Notes: generated from the letters alone by a model not told the origin. Positions 1 through 11,571 are shown, counted from the stretch's first letter. The stretch is 64,000 bases of DNA from Anaeromyxobacteraceae bacterium (GCA_047602405.1 JASGHJ010000001.1:672001-736000), one strand, 5' to 3'. Made by a program: numbers and translations.

Positions 1-411
1 GGCGACGACGAGGGCCATCGCGAGCGCGGCGAGCACCGCCGCGGTGCCCATCTTCGCGAGGATCACCGCGCCGGCCGGGGCGGGCAGCGCGCGCTTCAGG
101 CGCAGGAGCCCGCCCTGCCGCTCGAGGGCGAGCCCGCACCCGACGCCGAACAGCCCGGGCATCGTCGCCGCGAACACGAGCCAGCCCGAGAAGAGGTAGC
201 TCGCGAGCGCAGGCCGCGCCGCCACCGCCCCGCCCGCGATGACCACGCCGAAGAAGAGGTAGATCGGCGCGGGCAGGGCGAGGAACGGCAGGGCAAACGC
301 CGGCGTGCGGAGCACGCGCAGCGTCTCCTGCCTCCACTCGGCGAGGTAGGCGCGGGCGACCCTCGCGCCGGACATGGGCGAGGAGGGAGCGGGGAGGTTC
401 GAGGCGGTCAC
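1..411 (-). CDS. ABC-2 type transporter permease (partial, runs off window start)
   Basis: GTG at 411 overlaps the upstream TGA (GTGA). Manual translation MTASNLPAPSSPMSGARVARAYLAEWRQETLRVLRTPAFALPFLALPAPIYLFFGVV is a typical ABC-2 permease N-terminus. Confidence 0.8.
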   Translation of the reverse strand, partial: MTASNLPAPSSPMSGARVARAYLAEWRQETLRVLRTPAFALPFLALPAPIYLFFGVVIAGGAVAARPALASYLFSGWLVFAATMPGLFGVGCGLALERQGGLLRLKRALPAPAGAVILAKMGTAAVLAALAMALVVA

Positions 412-2556
412 GCGGCCTCCCGGGTGAGGGTGGAGACGGCCTCGGCGAGGCCCGCCTGATGGACCTCGAGGTGCCGGACGCCGGGGTCCTCCGCCAGCAG
501 GCGCCGGAGCACGCCCTCGGCCTCGGCGACGGTGATCCGCACGCGGGCGCCCTCGCTCACGACCTCGAGCACGCCGGGCCACGCCCGCAGGCGCTCGGGC
601 TCGAGGCCGGTCACGCAGCGGATCTGGCGGTGCACGGCACGCGCGCGGATCTCGTCGACGCGGCCCTCGGCGACGAGCCGGCCGCGGTGGAGCACCGCCA
701 CCCGGTCCGCGAGCGCCTCGGCCTCCTCGAGGTGGTGCGTGGTGAGGACGACGCCGGTCCCCCGCGCGACGAGCGCGCGCACGCTCCGCCAGAGCGCCTC
801 GCGGGCCCCGGCATCGAGGTTCGCGGTCGGCTCGTCGAGGAACAGGAGCGCGGGGCGCCCGCAGATGGCGATGGCGAACTGGACGAGCCGCTTCTGGCCT
901 CCCGACAGGGCGCCGTACCGCGACGCGGCGAGCGGCGCGAGGCCGGTCGCCGCCAGCACCTCCGCCGCCTCGAGCGGCGCCGGGTAGTAGCTCGCGGCGA
1001 GCGCGACGTGCTCCCGCACGCGCAGCTCGGGCGTGAGCTCAACGTCCTGCATCATGACGCCCACCCGGCGGCGCGCCGCCACGTCGCGCGGCGGACCGCC
1101 GCCGAGCGTCGCGACCCCGCGGTCCGCGTCGAGGAGGCCGAGCCACACCGCGATGGCGGTGGTCTTGCCCGCGCCGTTCGGCCCGAGCAGCGCGAGGACC
1201 TCGCCGGGCCGCACCTCGAGGTCGAGGCCGTCGAGCGCCACGGCCTCGCCGTAACGCTTCTCGACGGCCGCGAGCGCCGCGAGCGGCGCGTCCCGGGCCA
1301 CGGCCCCGGTCGCGGGGGACGGGGCCGGCGTCGCCACCGCGGTGGGCGCGGCGCCGAGCCCGCGCGGCAGGCGCCGGCCCTGGAGCGTCTGCCCGATGAA
1401 CGTGGCGCGGACGAGCCAGCGGTAGCTCGCGAGGAGCACGCCGAAGGTCACCGCGACCACCGCCGGGAACTTCACGCTCCAGGGGAGGGGCAGCGGCGCC
1501 GCGATCACCTGCAGCGCGGCGACGAGCGGCAGGTGCGCGAGGTAGATCCAGTACGAGGCGTCGGCGAGGTAGCGGATTGGCGCGGAGGGCCGGGCCAGGA
1601 AGCGCACCGCCGCCCCCGTGAGGCCGAACGTCCAGCACCAGGCGGCGAGCCCGTAGCCGAGCGCGTAGGCCGCCGTCGCGAACCCCCGCGGCGCCGGGGC
1701 GAGCGCCGGCGTCACCCCGGCGAACGCGAGGCAGCCGGCGGTCGCGGCGACCGCCACGGCGAGGTGCGCGGCCCAGCGGCGCGCCCAGAGCTCGAGCAGG
1801 ACGGCGGCCTGCCGCTGCGCGAGCCAGCCGAAGGCGAGCGCCACGCCGTAGCCGGCGAGCGCGGGCAGCTCCGGGATGACCGACCGGTCGGGCGTCGGGA
1901 TGCCGAACCAGATCACCCAGTCCTCGCGGGCGGCGAGCGCTGTCACGAGCGGGAGGGGCAGGACGAGGGCGGCGGCGCCCGAGCGCGCGAGCCCGCGCAC
2001 CGCGGCGTCGGCCACGCGCCGCACCGGGAGGCGGCGGTCGAGCGCGAGCGCGACGGCCCGGACCCCGAGCACGAGCGCGTACAGGAGGAGGAGCTCGTAC
2101 AGGAACCAGAGGTGGAGGAGCGGGAAGGCCCCGGGGGGCGGCGGCGGCAGCCCGGCGGAGGACGGCGGGGCCGCGCCGAACGTCGCCCGGAGCCCCCAGA
2201 TCCAGACGGCGGTCACCGCCGGGAAGAACACGAGCCACCCCGCGACGAGCGGCACGAGGATCCGCCTCGCCCGGTCGCGCCAGAAGCCCCCCGCCCCGCG
2301 GCGGAGGAAGAGCACCCGCGCGAAGAAGCCGGCGAGGAAGAAGAAGAGCGTCATCCGGAACGCGTGCGATCCGAAGATCAGCACGGCGAGCGCGGCGCTC
2401 GGAGAGCGGTCGGTCGCGGCCCAGAGGCCGGGCGGGAAGCCCGGCAGGAACGAGAAGGCGGCGTGGAAGAGGCACGCCGAGGACGAGCGCGAAGGCGCGG
2501 ACCGCGTCGAGGGCGGGCAAGCGTTCGGACGGAGCGGAGGACGTGGACGTGGACAT
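408..2556 (-). CDS. Acyltransferase-3 (OpgC-like) domain fused to ABC ATP-binding domain; +1 frameshift at ~2471
   Basis: N-terminus RLPALDAVRAFALVLGV continues after one extra base as LFHAAFSF...HAFRMTLFFFLAGFF, HLWFLY, YLADASYWIYLAH. C-terminus has Walker A GPNGAGKT, LSGGQ, LLFLDEPT and the H-loop. Confidence 0.8.
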
Positions 2557-2625
2557 GGAGCTCCCCTGTCCGCGCCGCCTGGCGCGGAGGACGAAGGTCG
2601 TGAACGGAGACGGGGTGCGGCGCCG

Positions 2626-3291
2626 CTAGACGAAGTCCGGTCTTCGGGTGGCGCGCCAGACGGCGAGGGCGAGCACCGCGAGCCCCAGCACGAGCTCGGC
2701 GGCGATGATCGCGACGACGTCGGACGACCAGACCGCCACCGCCCCCTCGTGGTGAGCCTTCACGGAGGGCAGCGCGAGCAGGAGCGGGATCACGAAGTTC
2801 ACCGAGATGTTCCCGACGGTGATGGCCGCGGCCATCCACCCGCTCGAGCTCCTCGTGAGCGCGACCGCGAGCAGCGCGCAGAAGTACAGGAAGAGGTAGG
2901 AGAGGAGCGCGATCCAGAACGGGAGGATGCCGTCGGGGAGCTCCGTCGCCCGGATGAGCACCGCCGTCGCGCCGGTGAGCGCGAGCCACGGCACGCCGAA
3001 GGCGATCGCGGTGGCCGCGACCTTCGAGAGGGTGACCTGCAGCGGGTCGACGGGGAGGCTCAGCACGAAGACCAGCATCCGCTCGCGCCGCTCGGCGGCC
3101 ACGCCCTGCAGGACCACGAGGATCTCGAGCACGATGAGGGCGCAGATGAGCGCCACGCCGCCGACGTAGGTCAGGATGCCCCCGCGCGGCAGGAACGCGA
3201 GGGACACCGCGCCGCCCGCGAGCGCACCGGCCATGGCCCAGCGCATGAGGTAGAGGTCCTTCTTGACCAGCGTCCCCACGATCGCGCTCAT
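2626..3291 (-). CDS. ABC-2 family transporter permease
   Basis: MSAIVGTLVKKDLYL..., about 6 hydrophobic segments, ERRERMLVFVLSLPV motif; ATGA overlap with the upstream ATPase. Confidence 0.8.
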   Translation of the reverse strand: MSAIVGTLVKKDLYLMRWAMAGALAGGAVSLAFLPRGGILTYVGGVALICALIVLEILVVLQGVAAERRERMLVFVLSLPVDPLQVTLSKVAATAIAFGVPWLALTGATAVLIRATELPDGILPFWIALLSYLFLYFCALLAVALTRSSSGWMAAAITVGNISVNFVIPLLLALPSVKAHHEGAVAVWSSDVVAIIAAELVLGLAVLALAVWRATRRPDFV

Positions 3292-4187
3292 GGCGCCCTC
3301 CCCTCCCGGCCGTGCATCACCGTCGCGACGAAGATCTCCTCGAGCGTGAGGCGCTGCACCTCCCGCACCGTGGCGCCCGCGCGCGCGCAGGCCGCGTGCA
3401 CGGCCGGCGAGTAGTCCCGGGTGACCACCACCGCGGCCCGCCCGGTCACCGAGGCGTCGACCGCGCCGGGCAACGCGGGCACCGGGGCGCCCGCCGCGGG
3501 CAGGTCGAGCGACACGCGCCGCCAGCGCTCGAGGAAGGCCTCCTTGTCCTGCGACTCGATCACCCGGCCCCGGTCGAGGAAGGTGATGACGTCGGAGATC
3601 TGCTCCACGTCCTGGGTGTGGTGCGAGGAGAAGAGCACCGCGCGCCGCTCGTCGCGGACGACCTCCATGAGCTCGGAGAGCACCTCGTGGCGCGCGACCG
3701 GGTCGAGGCCGGTGGTGGGCTCGTCGAGGAGCAGCAGGCGCGGCCGGGGCGCGAGGGCGAGGAGGAGCGACGCCTTCACCCGCTCGCCGTGCGAGAGCGC
3801 GCCGATGGGCTGGTCCACGTGGAGGTTGAAGCGCTCGAGGAGGCGCGCCGCGTAGGCCTCGTCCCACCCCGGGCGCAGCGCACGCACGAGGCGGATGTGC
3901 CACGCGAGCGTCGCGGCGCCGTAGAGGCGCATGTCCTCGGACACGAACCCCACGTCCCGCTTCACCGCCGCCTGGTCGTCCGGCACCGGGCGGCCGAGCA
4001 CGCGGATCGCGCCGCGGTCCGCGCGCACCATGCCCATCAGCAGGCGGATGGTGGTGGACTTGCCCGCGCCGTTCGCGCCGACGAGCCCCATGACCTGCCC
4101 GGCCTCGAGGCGGAGCGACACGTCCGTCAGGCGGAAGAACCGGTACGCCTTCTCGACCCCGGAGAGCTCGATGACGGGTTCGCTCAC
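3288..4187 (-). CDS. ABC transporter ATP-binding protein
   Basis: GTG start VSEPVIEL; GANGAGKS, LSHGE, LLLLDEPTTGLDP, SSH. Confidence 0.9.
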   Translation of the reverse strand: MSEPVIELSGVEKAYRFFRLTDVSLRLEAGQVMGLVGANGAGKSTTIRLLMGMVRADRGAIRVLGRPVPDDQAAVKRDVGFVSEDMRLYGAATLAWHIRLVRALRPGWDEAYAARLLERFNLHVDQPIGALSHGERVKASLLLALAPRPRLLLLDEPTTGLDPVARHEVLSELMEVVRDERRAVLFSSHHTQDVEQISDVITFLDRGRVIESQDKEAFLERWRRVSLDLPAAGAPVPALPGAVDASVTGRAAVVVTRDYSPAVHAACARAGATVREVQRLTLEEIFVATVMHGREGRAP

Positions 4188-4585
4188 GACTCCTCCTCGC
4201 CGGCGTCCTCGCGGAGCGCCGCCACGCGCCTCAGCTCGGCCCCGAGCTCCTTCACCGACAGCCCCAGCCGCTGGCCGACCTCGACCGCCGCGGCGAGGTG
4301 CGCCTCGAGCTCGCGGCGGTGCAGCTCGAGGCCGAGCTCCGCCCGCTCGGCGACGAACGAGCCCCGCCCCTGCCGCGTGACGATGATCCCGGCCCGCTCG
4401 AGCTCGAGGTATGCGCGCTTCACGGTGATGACGCTCACGCTGAGCTCCGCCGCCAGGGCCCGGATGGACGGCAGCTCGTGGCCGGGCGCCCAGTCCCCCA
4501 CCGCGATGCGGTGCTGCACCTGCTCGATGAGCTGCAGGTACATGGGCCGCTCGTCGGCGTGGGAGATCACGAGCCCGCTGTGCAT
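4184..4585 (-). CDS. GntR family (YtrA-like) transcriptional regulator
   Basis: PMYLQLIEQV...LPSIRALAAELSVSVITVKRAYLELERAG...GRGSFV; short C-terminal domain; heads an ABC operon. Confidence 0.9.
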   Translation of the reverse strand: MHSGLVISHADERPMYLQLIEQVQHRIAVGDWAPGHELPSIRALAAELSVSVITVKRAYLELERAGIIVTRQGRGSFVAERAELGLELHRRELEAHLAAAVEVGQRLGLSVKELGAELRRVAALREDAGEEES

Positions 4586-4604
4586 ATCGAATATGCACAC
4601 TATA
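4580..4604 (-). promoter_or_regulatory. Probable autoregulatory operator and -10 box of the GntR operon
   Basis: Perfect inverted repeat GTGCATAT-cga-ATATGCAC (4580-4598) overlaps the start codon; TATAGT on the minus strand at 4599-4604. Confidence 0.6.
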
Positions 4605-4680
4605 CACGGTGCGCGCGGGGGCGCAACCCCGCCCCGGATCGGGGCCTCGGCGGGGTCTGCCTGTCATACGGTGAGCCCGC

Positions 4681-5334
4681 ATGCCTTCCACTTCGACCTC
4701 CCTGCGTCGCGCCGCCCTGCTCGTCGTCGTCGCCTCGCTCGCGGGTCCGGCCGTCGTGTTCCTCGACGCCGCCCTCCACGGCCCCTCCACCTGGGCGAGC
4801 GCGGCCGCGTTCGTGGCGGGGCACCGGCCGCTCCAGGCGCTCCCGCCGCTCCTCGGCTTCCCGCTGCTCCTCGGGTTCGTGCTCTTCGTGAGCGCGGCGC
4901 GCCGCCTCGACGCCGAGCGCGGCCACCGGGTGGATCAGGGCCCGGTGTTCCTGCTCACCGCGATCTACGGCGCGCTCGTGGCCGTCAACTACGTCTCGAA
5001 CGGGATGTGGGCCCACCAAGCCGGGTCCGAGGAGCTCGGCGCCGTGGCGGCCTTCTCCATGAACAACCCCCGCGCGCTGACGTGGTCCTTCGAGCTCGCG
5101 GGGTATGGCCTGCTCGGCGCGGTCACCTGGCTCGTCGCCCCCACCTTCCGCGAGGAGCCCTGGATCGCCTGGCTGTTGCGCGCGAACGGGGTGGTGAGCG
5201 TGGGGAGCGCCGCGTGGGCCGCGGTCGACCAGACGTGGGTCCTCGCGCCCGCGGGCCTCGTGTTCTACGCCGCCTGGAACCTGCTCGTCGTCGTGCTCAT
5301 GGCGCTCGTGGCGCGCAGGTTCCGGGAGGCCTGA
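4681..5334 (+). CDS. Hypothetical integral membrane protein
   Basis: 217 aa with about 6 hydrophobic helices and GC3-rich codons. Confidence 0.7.
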   Translation: MPSTSTSLRRAALLVVVASLAGPAVVFLDAALHGPSTWASAAAFVAGHRPLQALPPLLGFPLLLGFVLFVSAARRLDAERGHRVDQGPVFLLTAIYGALVAVNYVSNGMWAHQAGSEELGAVAAFSMNNPRALTWSFELAGYGLLGAVTWLVAPTFREEPWIAWLLRANGVVSVGSAAWAAVDQTWVLAPAGLVFYAAWNLLVVVLMALVARRFREA

Positions 5335-5341
5335 GCCCGCG

Positions 5342-6082
5342 CTACTTCACCACGTCCACCCGCGTCCGCTTCGGCTTCCGGCCGAGGTCGCGCTGCGGGA
5401 TGTCGTAGACGCGCGGCCGGTGCACGAGCGCCTGGCCCGCCTGGACCTCGACCCAGACCGGATCCGAGCGCGCCCAGCCGTCGCCCCACACCCGCACCTC
5501 GTGGCTGCCTGGCCGCACCTCGCGCGTGACCGGCGTCGTGCCCACGGGCGCGCCGTCGATGGAGACCGAGACGCCCGGCTCGTCGGTCACGACGGTGAGC
5601 TTGCCCGTCCCGTCGGGCTCTCCGCGCAGGAGCCTCGGCGTCGCGGCGGCGACGTCGGTCTCGAGCCGCCGCGCCGCGATCGGCACGAGCCGCTCGAAGC
5701 GCGCGAGCTCCTTCCCGCCGGGGACCTCCGCCTGGACGACGACCACCCGGTACGCCGCGCCGGCGAGCGCGAGGAAGCCGCCGACCACGCGGTCCACCTC
5801 GAGCTTCGCCGCCCGCGCCGCGAGGCAGCGGGCGTCGGCGGCGCAGCGCGAGAGCGCCGTGGTCCCCTCGCGACCGAGCCGGCGCTCGACCGCCTCCGGG
5901 CCGTCCACCTGCCACGCGGCGCCCAGGGCCGCGTCGGCCACGGCCTCGGCGGCGCGCTTGCCGGAGAAGCGCAGCTCGTCCGGCGCGTCGAGCGCGACCA
6001 CGGCGAGGCGCGGACCCGGGGTCGCGGCGGCGAGGACGAGTCCAGCGAGGGCGAGGAGCATGCGGGAGCACGATCCTCGCAT
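5342..6082 (-). CDS. PEGA domain-containing secreted protein
   Basis: Signal-like N-terminus; C-terminal GKLTVVTDEPGVSVSIDGAPVGTTP...PGSHEVRV PEGA pattern. Start is 6082 or 6061. Confidence 0.8.
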   Translation of the reverse strand: MRGSCSRMLLALAGLVLAAATPGPRLAVVALDAPDELRFSGKRAAEAVADAALGAAWQVDGPEAVERRLGREGTTALSRCAADARCLAARAAKLEVDRVVGGFLALAGAAYRVVVVQAEVPGGKELARFERLVPIAARRLETDVAAATPRLLRGEPDGTGKLTVVTDEPGVSVSIDGAPVGTTPVTREVRPGSHEVRVWGDGWARSDPVWVEVQAGQALVHRPRVYDIPQRDLGRKPKRTRVDVVK

Positions 6083-6104
6083 GATGGGCGGGCGCCGTTC
6101 CAGT

Positions 6105-7094
6105 ATGGTGGCCGCGGTGACCGAGGGCGTCGCGAAACAGATCGTGCGGGTGCGCTTCGAGGTGGAGCGCAACTACGCCGGGTGGCGGCTCGACCGGTAC
6201 CTCGCCGAGAAGATCCGGCGGCTCACGCCGGAGCGGATCGCCTGGCTCGTGGAGCACCGGCTCGAGACCGAGGACGGGTCGCGGCTCACCCTGGACTCCC
6301 AGGTGACGCCCGGGCTGCGCTTCGCGCTGCTCCGCGAGTTCGAGCCGGAGCCGGTGGTGCCCCTCGAGTTCGGCGTCGTGCACGACGACGGAGAGCTCCT
6401 CGTGGTCGACAAGCCCGCCGGGCTCCCGGTGCACCCGACCGCGCGCTACTTCCAGCACACCTTCACCGCGCTCGCGCGGGCGCGCTGGCCCGAGCGCAAG
6501 ATCGACCCCGCCCACCGGCTCGACCGCGAGACCTCCGGGCTGCTCGCCTGCGGGACCGCGCGCACGCACACCTCGAGGCTGAAGCGCGAGTTCGCCGAGG
6601 GCCGCGTCGAGAAGACGTACCTCGCGCTCGCGCTCGGCGCGCCGGCGGAGGACCGCTTCGAGGTCGACGCGCCGCTCGCGCTGACCGGCCAGTCGCTCGT
6701 GCGCGTGCGCATGCACGTGACGCCCGGCGGCCAGGAGGCCCGCACCGCGTTCGAGGTGCTCGGCCGCCGCCGCGCCCCCGACGGCGCGGCGGTGACGCTC
6801 CTCGCCTGCAGGCCCGCCACCGGCCGCCAGCACCAGATCCGCGCGCACCTCGCGCACGCCGGGTTGCCGCTCGTGGGCGACAAGATCTACGGGCCGGACG
6901 AGGCGATCTTCGACCGCTTCACCCGCCGCGCGCTCACCCCGGACGACGAGGCGACGCTGCGGCTGCCGCGCCAGGCGCTCCACGCGTGGCGGCTCGGGCT
7001 CCGGCACCCGCGCACGCTCGAGCCCGTCGCGCTCGAGGCGCCGCTCGCGCCCGACCTCGCCCGCTTCTGGGGCTCCTGCACGGAGGGCGCTTGA
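6105..7094 (+). CDS. RluA/RluD family RNA pseudouridine synthase
   Basis: RLDRYLA (S4-like), VVDKPAGLPVHP, HRLDRETSG, TGRQHQIRAHL, GDKIYG, QALHA. Confidence 0.92.
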   Translation: MVAAVTEGVAKQIVRVRFEVERNYAGWRLDRYLAEKIRRLTPERIAWLVEHRLETEDGSRLTLDSQVTPGLRFALLREFEPEPVVPLEFGVVHDDGELLVVDKPAGLPVHPTARYFQHTFTALARARWPERKIDPAHRLDRETSGLLACGTARTHTSRLKREFAEGRVEKTYLALALGAPAEDRFEVDAPLALTGQSLVRVRMHVTPGGQEARTAFEVLGRRRAPDGAAVTLLACRPATGRQHQIRAHLAHAGLPLVGDKIYGPDEAIFDRFTRRALTPDDEATLRLPRQALHAWRLGLRHPRTLEPVALEAPLAPDLARFWGSCTEGA

Positions 7095-7453
7095 GCCCCT
7101 ACGACTTCCCCGGCCTCGTCTCCGGCATCGCCGCCTCCCAGCTCGTGCTGTGGGGCTCGGTCGTGCTCCTCCTCGCGGGCCTGCGCGCGCTCCTCGTGCG
7201 CGGCCAGCCGGGCCGCGGCCGATGGGCGCGCGGGCTCCTCGTGGGCGCGCTCCTGCCGATCGCGGCCGGGGTGGTGCTCCTGGCGCTCCAGGAGCTGACG
7301 GATCACCAGCGGCTCCTCGACCGGGCCGGCGTGCCGGTCCTCGCGACGGGCGCGATCCTGGGCGCCGCGTGGGTGACCGTGCGGCGCGCGCGGCCCAGGA
7401 GCGCCGCCCCTCACGCCACGACCGAGGGAGCGCCTCCGGCGCCACCGGCGTAA
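7091..7453 (+). CDS. Small hypothetical membrane protein
   Basis: TTG overlaps the RluA stop; LSPYDFPGLVSG... with 3 hydrophobic segments. Confidence 0.55.
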   Translation: MSPYDFPGLVSGIAASQLVLWGSVVLLLAGLRALLVRGQPGRGRWARGLLVGALLPIAAGVVLLALQELTDHQRLLDRAGVPVLATGAILGAAWVTVRRARPRSAAPHATTEGAPPAPPA

Positions 7454-7539
7454 CGAGCGCATCCTGGGTCGCCTGCACCTCCGGTGCGGGCTCACCGGGT
7501 CGCGTCGCGCCAGGCACCCGTGATAAGGCGTTCGCGCCC

Positions 7540-8964
7540 GTGTCCGGCACCGCCCCAGCCCGCGCCGCCCCGCCGGTCGACCACGCCCGCATCCCGCTCG
7601 CGCAGCTGGCGTGGCCGATCCTCGTCGAGAACGTGCTGCGCACCTCGCTCATGAGCGTCGACACGCTCATGCTCGCCCGCTACTCGGCCGAGGCGGTCGC
7701 GGCGATGAGCCTCGTGAACCAGTTCGCGTTCCTGGTCCAGCTCCTCTTCATGGTCGTCTCGGTCGGCGCGAGCGTTCACGTCGCGCAGAACCTCGGCGCG
7801 GGCCGGCGCTCCACCGCGGAGGTGTTCGCGGCGGCGAGCCTGGCCCTCGTGGTCGTCTTCGCGACCGTGATCTCCGCCGCGATGGCGCTCGGCGCGCCGG
7901 CGCTCGTCCGGGCCTACGGGCTCGCGCCCGGGGTCGCGAGCGGCGCCACGAGCTTCCTCGTCATCTACGGCGGCCTCTCCATCTTCACCGCCATCAACAT
8001 CGTCCAGGCGAGCATCCTCCGCTCCTTCGGCCACGCCCGGGATCCCATGGTCGTGAACGCGGCCTCGCTCGGGCTCGCGGTCGCCGGGAACGCGCTGTGC
8101 CTGTTCGGCCCGGAGGACTTCCCGGTGCGCGGCGTGCCCGGCGTCGCCTGGTCGACCGTGCTGTCGCAGGTCGCGGCGTGCCTCGCCTCGGCCTGGGCGC
8201 TCCGGCGGCGCGGGATCCACCTGCCGCTCCGCGGGCTGCGCGAGGTCCCGGCGCGGGTCTACCGCGCGATCCTCGCGGTGGGCGTGCCGACCGCGGGCGA
8301 GTACGTCTCGTACAACCTCTCCCAGGGCGCCATCCTCGCGATGCTGTCGACGATGGGCACGGACGCGCTCGCTGCCTACGGCATCGCGATGGCGGTGCTC
8401 CGGTACGTCTTCATCCCCGGCGTGTCGATCGGGGCCGCGGCCCAGCTGCGGGTCGGGTACCTCGTGGGCGCCGGGCGGCACGACGACGCCGCGCGCCGGG
8501 TGCTCGTCTACTTCGCGTGGGGGTTCGCCATCTCGGCCGTGCTCGCCGGCGCGGTCTACCTCGCGCGCGCGCCGCTCATCGCCGTCTTCACGGGCGACCC
8601 CGCGGTCGCCGGGCTGGTCGCGGCGGTGCTGCTCGTCGCGGTCGTGCACGAGCCCGGGCGCGACTTCAACACGATCATCATCCCCGCGCTGAAGGGTGCC
8701 GGGGACGTGAAGTTCCCGGTCTACGCGGGGCTCGTGTCGATGTGGGGCATCTCGGTCGCGGGCGCCTGGTTCCTGGGGCTGCGGATGGGCCTCGGGATCA
8801 CCGGCGTCTGGCTCGCGATGGCCGCCGACGAGTGGCTGCGCGGGCTCGCCATGGTCTGGCGCTGGCGCTCGGGCGTGTGGCGGCGGTTCAAGCTGCTCAC
8901 GCCGGAGGAGGAGCTCGGCGCGGTCGCGGGCAACGCGCAGGTGGCGACGGAGGAGGGGCTCTAA
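7540..8964 (+). CDS. MATE family efflux transporter
   Basis: LAWPILVENVL...VDTLMLARYS-EAVAA, SILRSFG..RDPM, LKGAGDVKFP, LGITGVWLAMAADEW; about 12 TM segments. Start approximate. Confidence 0.9.
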   Translation: MSGTAPARAAPPVDHARIPLAQLAWPILVENVLRTSLMSVDTLMLARYSAEAVAAMSLVNQFAFLVQLLFMVVSVGASVHVAQNLGAGRRSTAEVFAAASLALVVVFATVISAAMALGAPALVRAYGLAPGVASGATSFLVIYGGLSIFTAINIVQASILRSFGHARDPMVVNAASLGLAVAGNALCLFGPEDFPVRGVPGVAWSTVLSQVAACLASAWALRRRGIHLPLRGLREVPARVYRAILAVGVPTAGEYVSYNLSQGAILAMLSTMGTDALAAYGIAMAVLRYVFIPGVSIGAAAQLRVGYLVGAGRHDDAARRVLVYFAWGFAISAVLAGAVYLARAPLIAVFTGDPAVAGLVAAVLLVAVVHEPGRDFNTIIIPALKGAGDVKFPVYAGLVSMWGISVAGAWFLGLRMGLGITGVWLAMAADEWLRGLAMVWRWRSGVWRRFKLLTPEEELGAVAGNAQVATEEGL

Positions 8965-9703
8965 CCCTGGCCCCGCCCGCCGCGCCGGCGGGCGTGGCGC
9001 TCGCGGCGCTCGAGGGCGGCCTCGGCCTTTGCGACGCGGCTGCGCTGCTTCACGGCGAGCAGGTAGTACCGCTCCCGCAGCGCCCCGGCCTCGGCCTCGG
9101 TGAGATCGCCGTGGCGGCCCCGCTCGGCGTGGCGCTTCTCGACCGCCTTCGCGAGCGAGATGGCGGCGGCGACCGAGACGTTGAGCGACTGCGAGAAGCC
9201 GTGCATCGGGATCGCGTAGGTGGCGTCGGAGAGCGCGACCGCCTCGTCGGTGACCCCGCGGTGCTCGTTGCCGAACACGAGCGCGACCTTGCCCGAGAAC
9301 CCGAGCTCGCCGAGCTCCCGCGGGCGGTGCCGGTCGTCGAGGTGGGTGGCGTAGATCGCGAAGCCGTCGGCGCGCAGCTTCTCGAGGCACTCGCGCGTGG
9401 TCTTCCAGCGCGTGACCTCGAGCCACTTGTCGGCGTTCTGCGAGATCTTCTTGTTGCGATCGAAGCCCTTCATCGGGCCCTCGATCACGTGCAGCGTCTG
9501 GACGCCGAAGGCCTCGCAGGTGCGGAGCACGGCGTTCACGTTCTGCGGATCGCAGAACGCCTCCATCACCACCGTCAGCGTGCGGGTGCGGCCGGCGACG
9601 ACCTCGTCGATGCGGGCCTTGCGCTCCGGGACGAGGAAGTCGGGCGCGCCGAGGGCGGGCCGCTCGCCGGCCTCGCCGGGGCCGCGCTCCGACGCCTCCT
9701 CGG

Positions 9704-9707
<4 letters not shown>
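8961..9707 (-). CDS. trmH: TrmH/SpoU family RNA 2'-O-methyltransferase
   Basis: DPQNVNAVLRTCEAFGV, LVFGNEHRGV, IPMHGFSQSLNVSVAAAI; GTG overlaps the obgE stop. Confidence 0.85.
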
Positions 9708-10765
<1,058 letters not shown>

Positions 10766-10785
10766 ATGGACCCCACAGACGCGAA

Positions 10786-10814
10786 GCGCCGCGGACCTCG
10801 TGGGCCCGCGGCGC
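10786..10814 (-). terminator. GC-rich hairpin between rpmA and obgE (possible partial terminator or processing site)
   Basis: GCGCCGCGG-acctcgtgggc-CCGCGGCGC; no clear U-tract. Confidence 0.35.
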
Positions 10815-10840
10815 CTGAAGTGCTGCTCCGCTCGAACGAG

Positions 10841-11098
10841 CTAGGCGCTCGGCTCGACCGACACGACCTTGCGGTCGCCGCGGGTGCGCGCGTACTTCAC
10901 GGTGCCGTCGATCTTGGCGAAGAGCGTGAAGTCCTTGCCCATGCCGACGTTCTTGCCCGGGTGGACGAGCGTGCCGACCTGGCGGACGAGGATGTTGCCG
11001 GCGAGGACCTTCTCGGACCCGAAGACCTTCACGCCGCGGTGCTGCCCAGGGGAGTCGCGCCCGTTGCGCGAGGAGCCCTGTCCCTTTTTGTGAGCCAT
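10841..11098 (-). CDS. rpmA: 50S ribosomal protein L27
   Basis: [16 protein letters not shown]...GNILVRQ.GT..HPG.NVG. Confidence 0.98.
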   Translation of the reverse strand: MAHKKGQGSSRNGRDSPGQHRGVKVFGSEKVLAGNILVRQVGTLVHPGKNVGMGKDFTLFAKIDGTVKYARTRGDRKVVSVEPSA

Positions 11099-11161
11099 TT
11101 CGCGTGACCTCTGTGTTGCGTTACGGCGTGTTGCCGTGCGGCAGCAGTGTTCGGCGGGTGC

Positions 11162-11467
11162 CTACGCCCGGACCGTGGTGATGAGGACCTCGGTGTACGG
11201 CTGCCGGTGGCCCCGCTTCTTCGTCCAGCCTTCCTTCTTCTTCCGGAAGTGGACGACCTTCTTGTGCTTGCCCTGGCCGACAATCTCGCCCTCGACCGCC
11301 GCGCCGGAGACGACCGGCTTGCCGAGCTTCACGTCGCCCTCGCCGCCGACGAGCAGGACCTCGAACGAGATCTTGCCGCCGACGTCGCCGCCGAGCTTCT
11401 CGACCTTGAGCCGATCGCCCTGCGCGACGCGGTACTGCTTGCCGCCGGTCTTGATCACCGCGTACAT
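11162..11467 (-). CDS. rplU: 50S ribosomal protein L21
   Basis: [14 protein letters not shown]...GHRQPYT; GAGGAG RBS upstream. Confidence 0.98.
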   Translation of the reverse strand: MYAVIKTGGKQYRVAQGDRLKVEKLGGDVGGKISFEVLLVGGEGDVKLGKPVVSGAAVEGEIVGQGKHKKVVHFRKKKEGWTKKRGHRQPYTEVLITTVRA

Positions 11468-11571
11468 CGCCTTCTCCTCGGAATCTGGGGAGGTTTTCAC
11501 CCGGGACGCCCGCCTCTGCCTCGATGAAGCACAGTGCAAGGGCGCTGGTCCGGGGCCTCCGGAAGGCGGGT

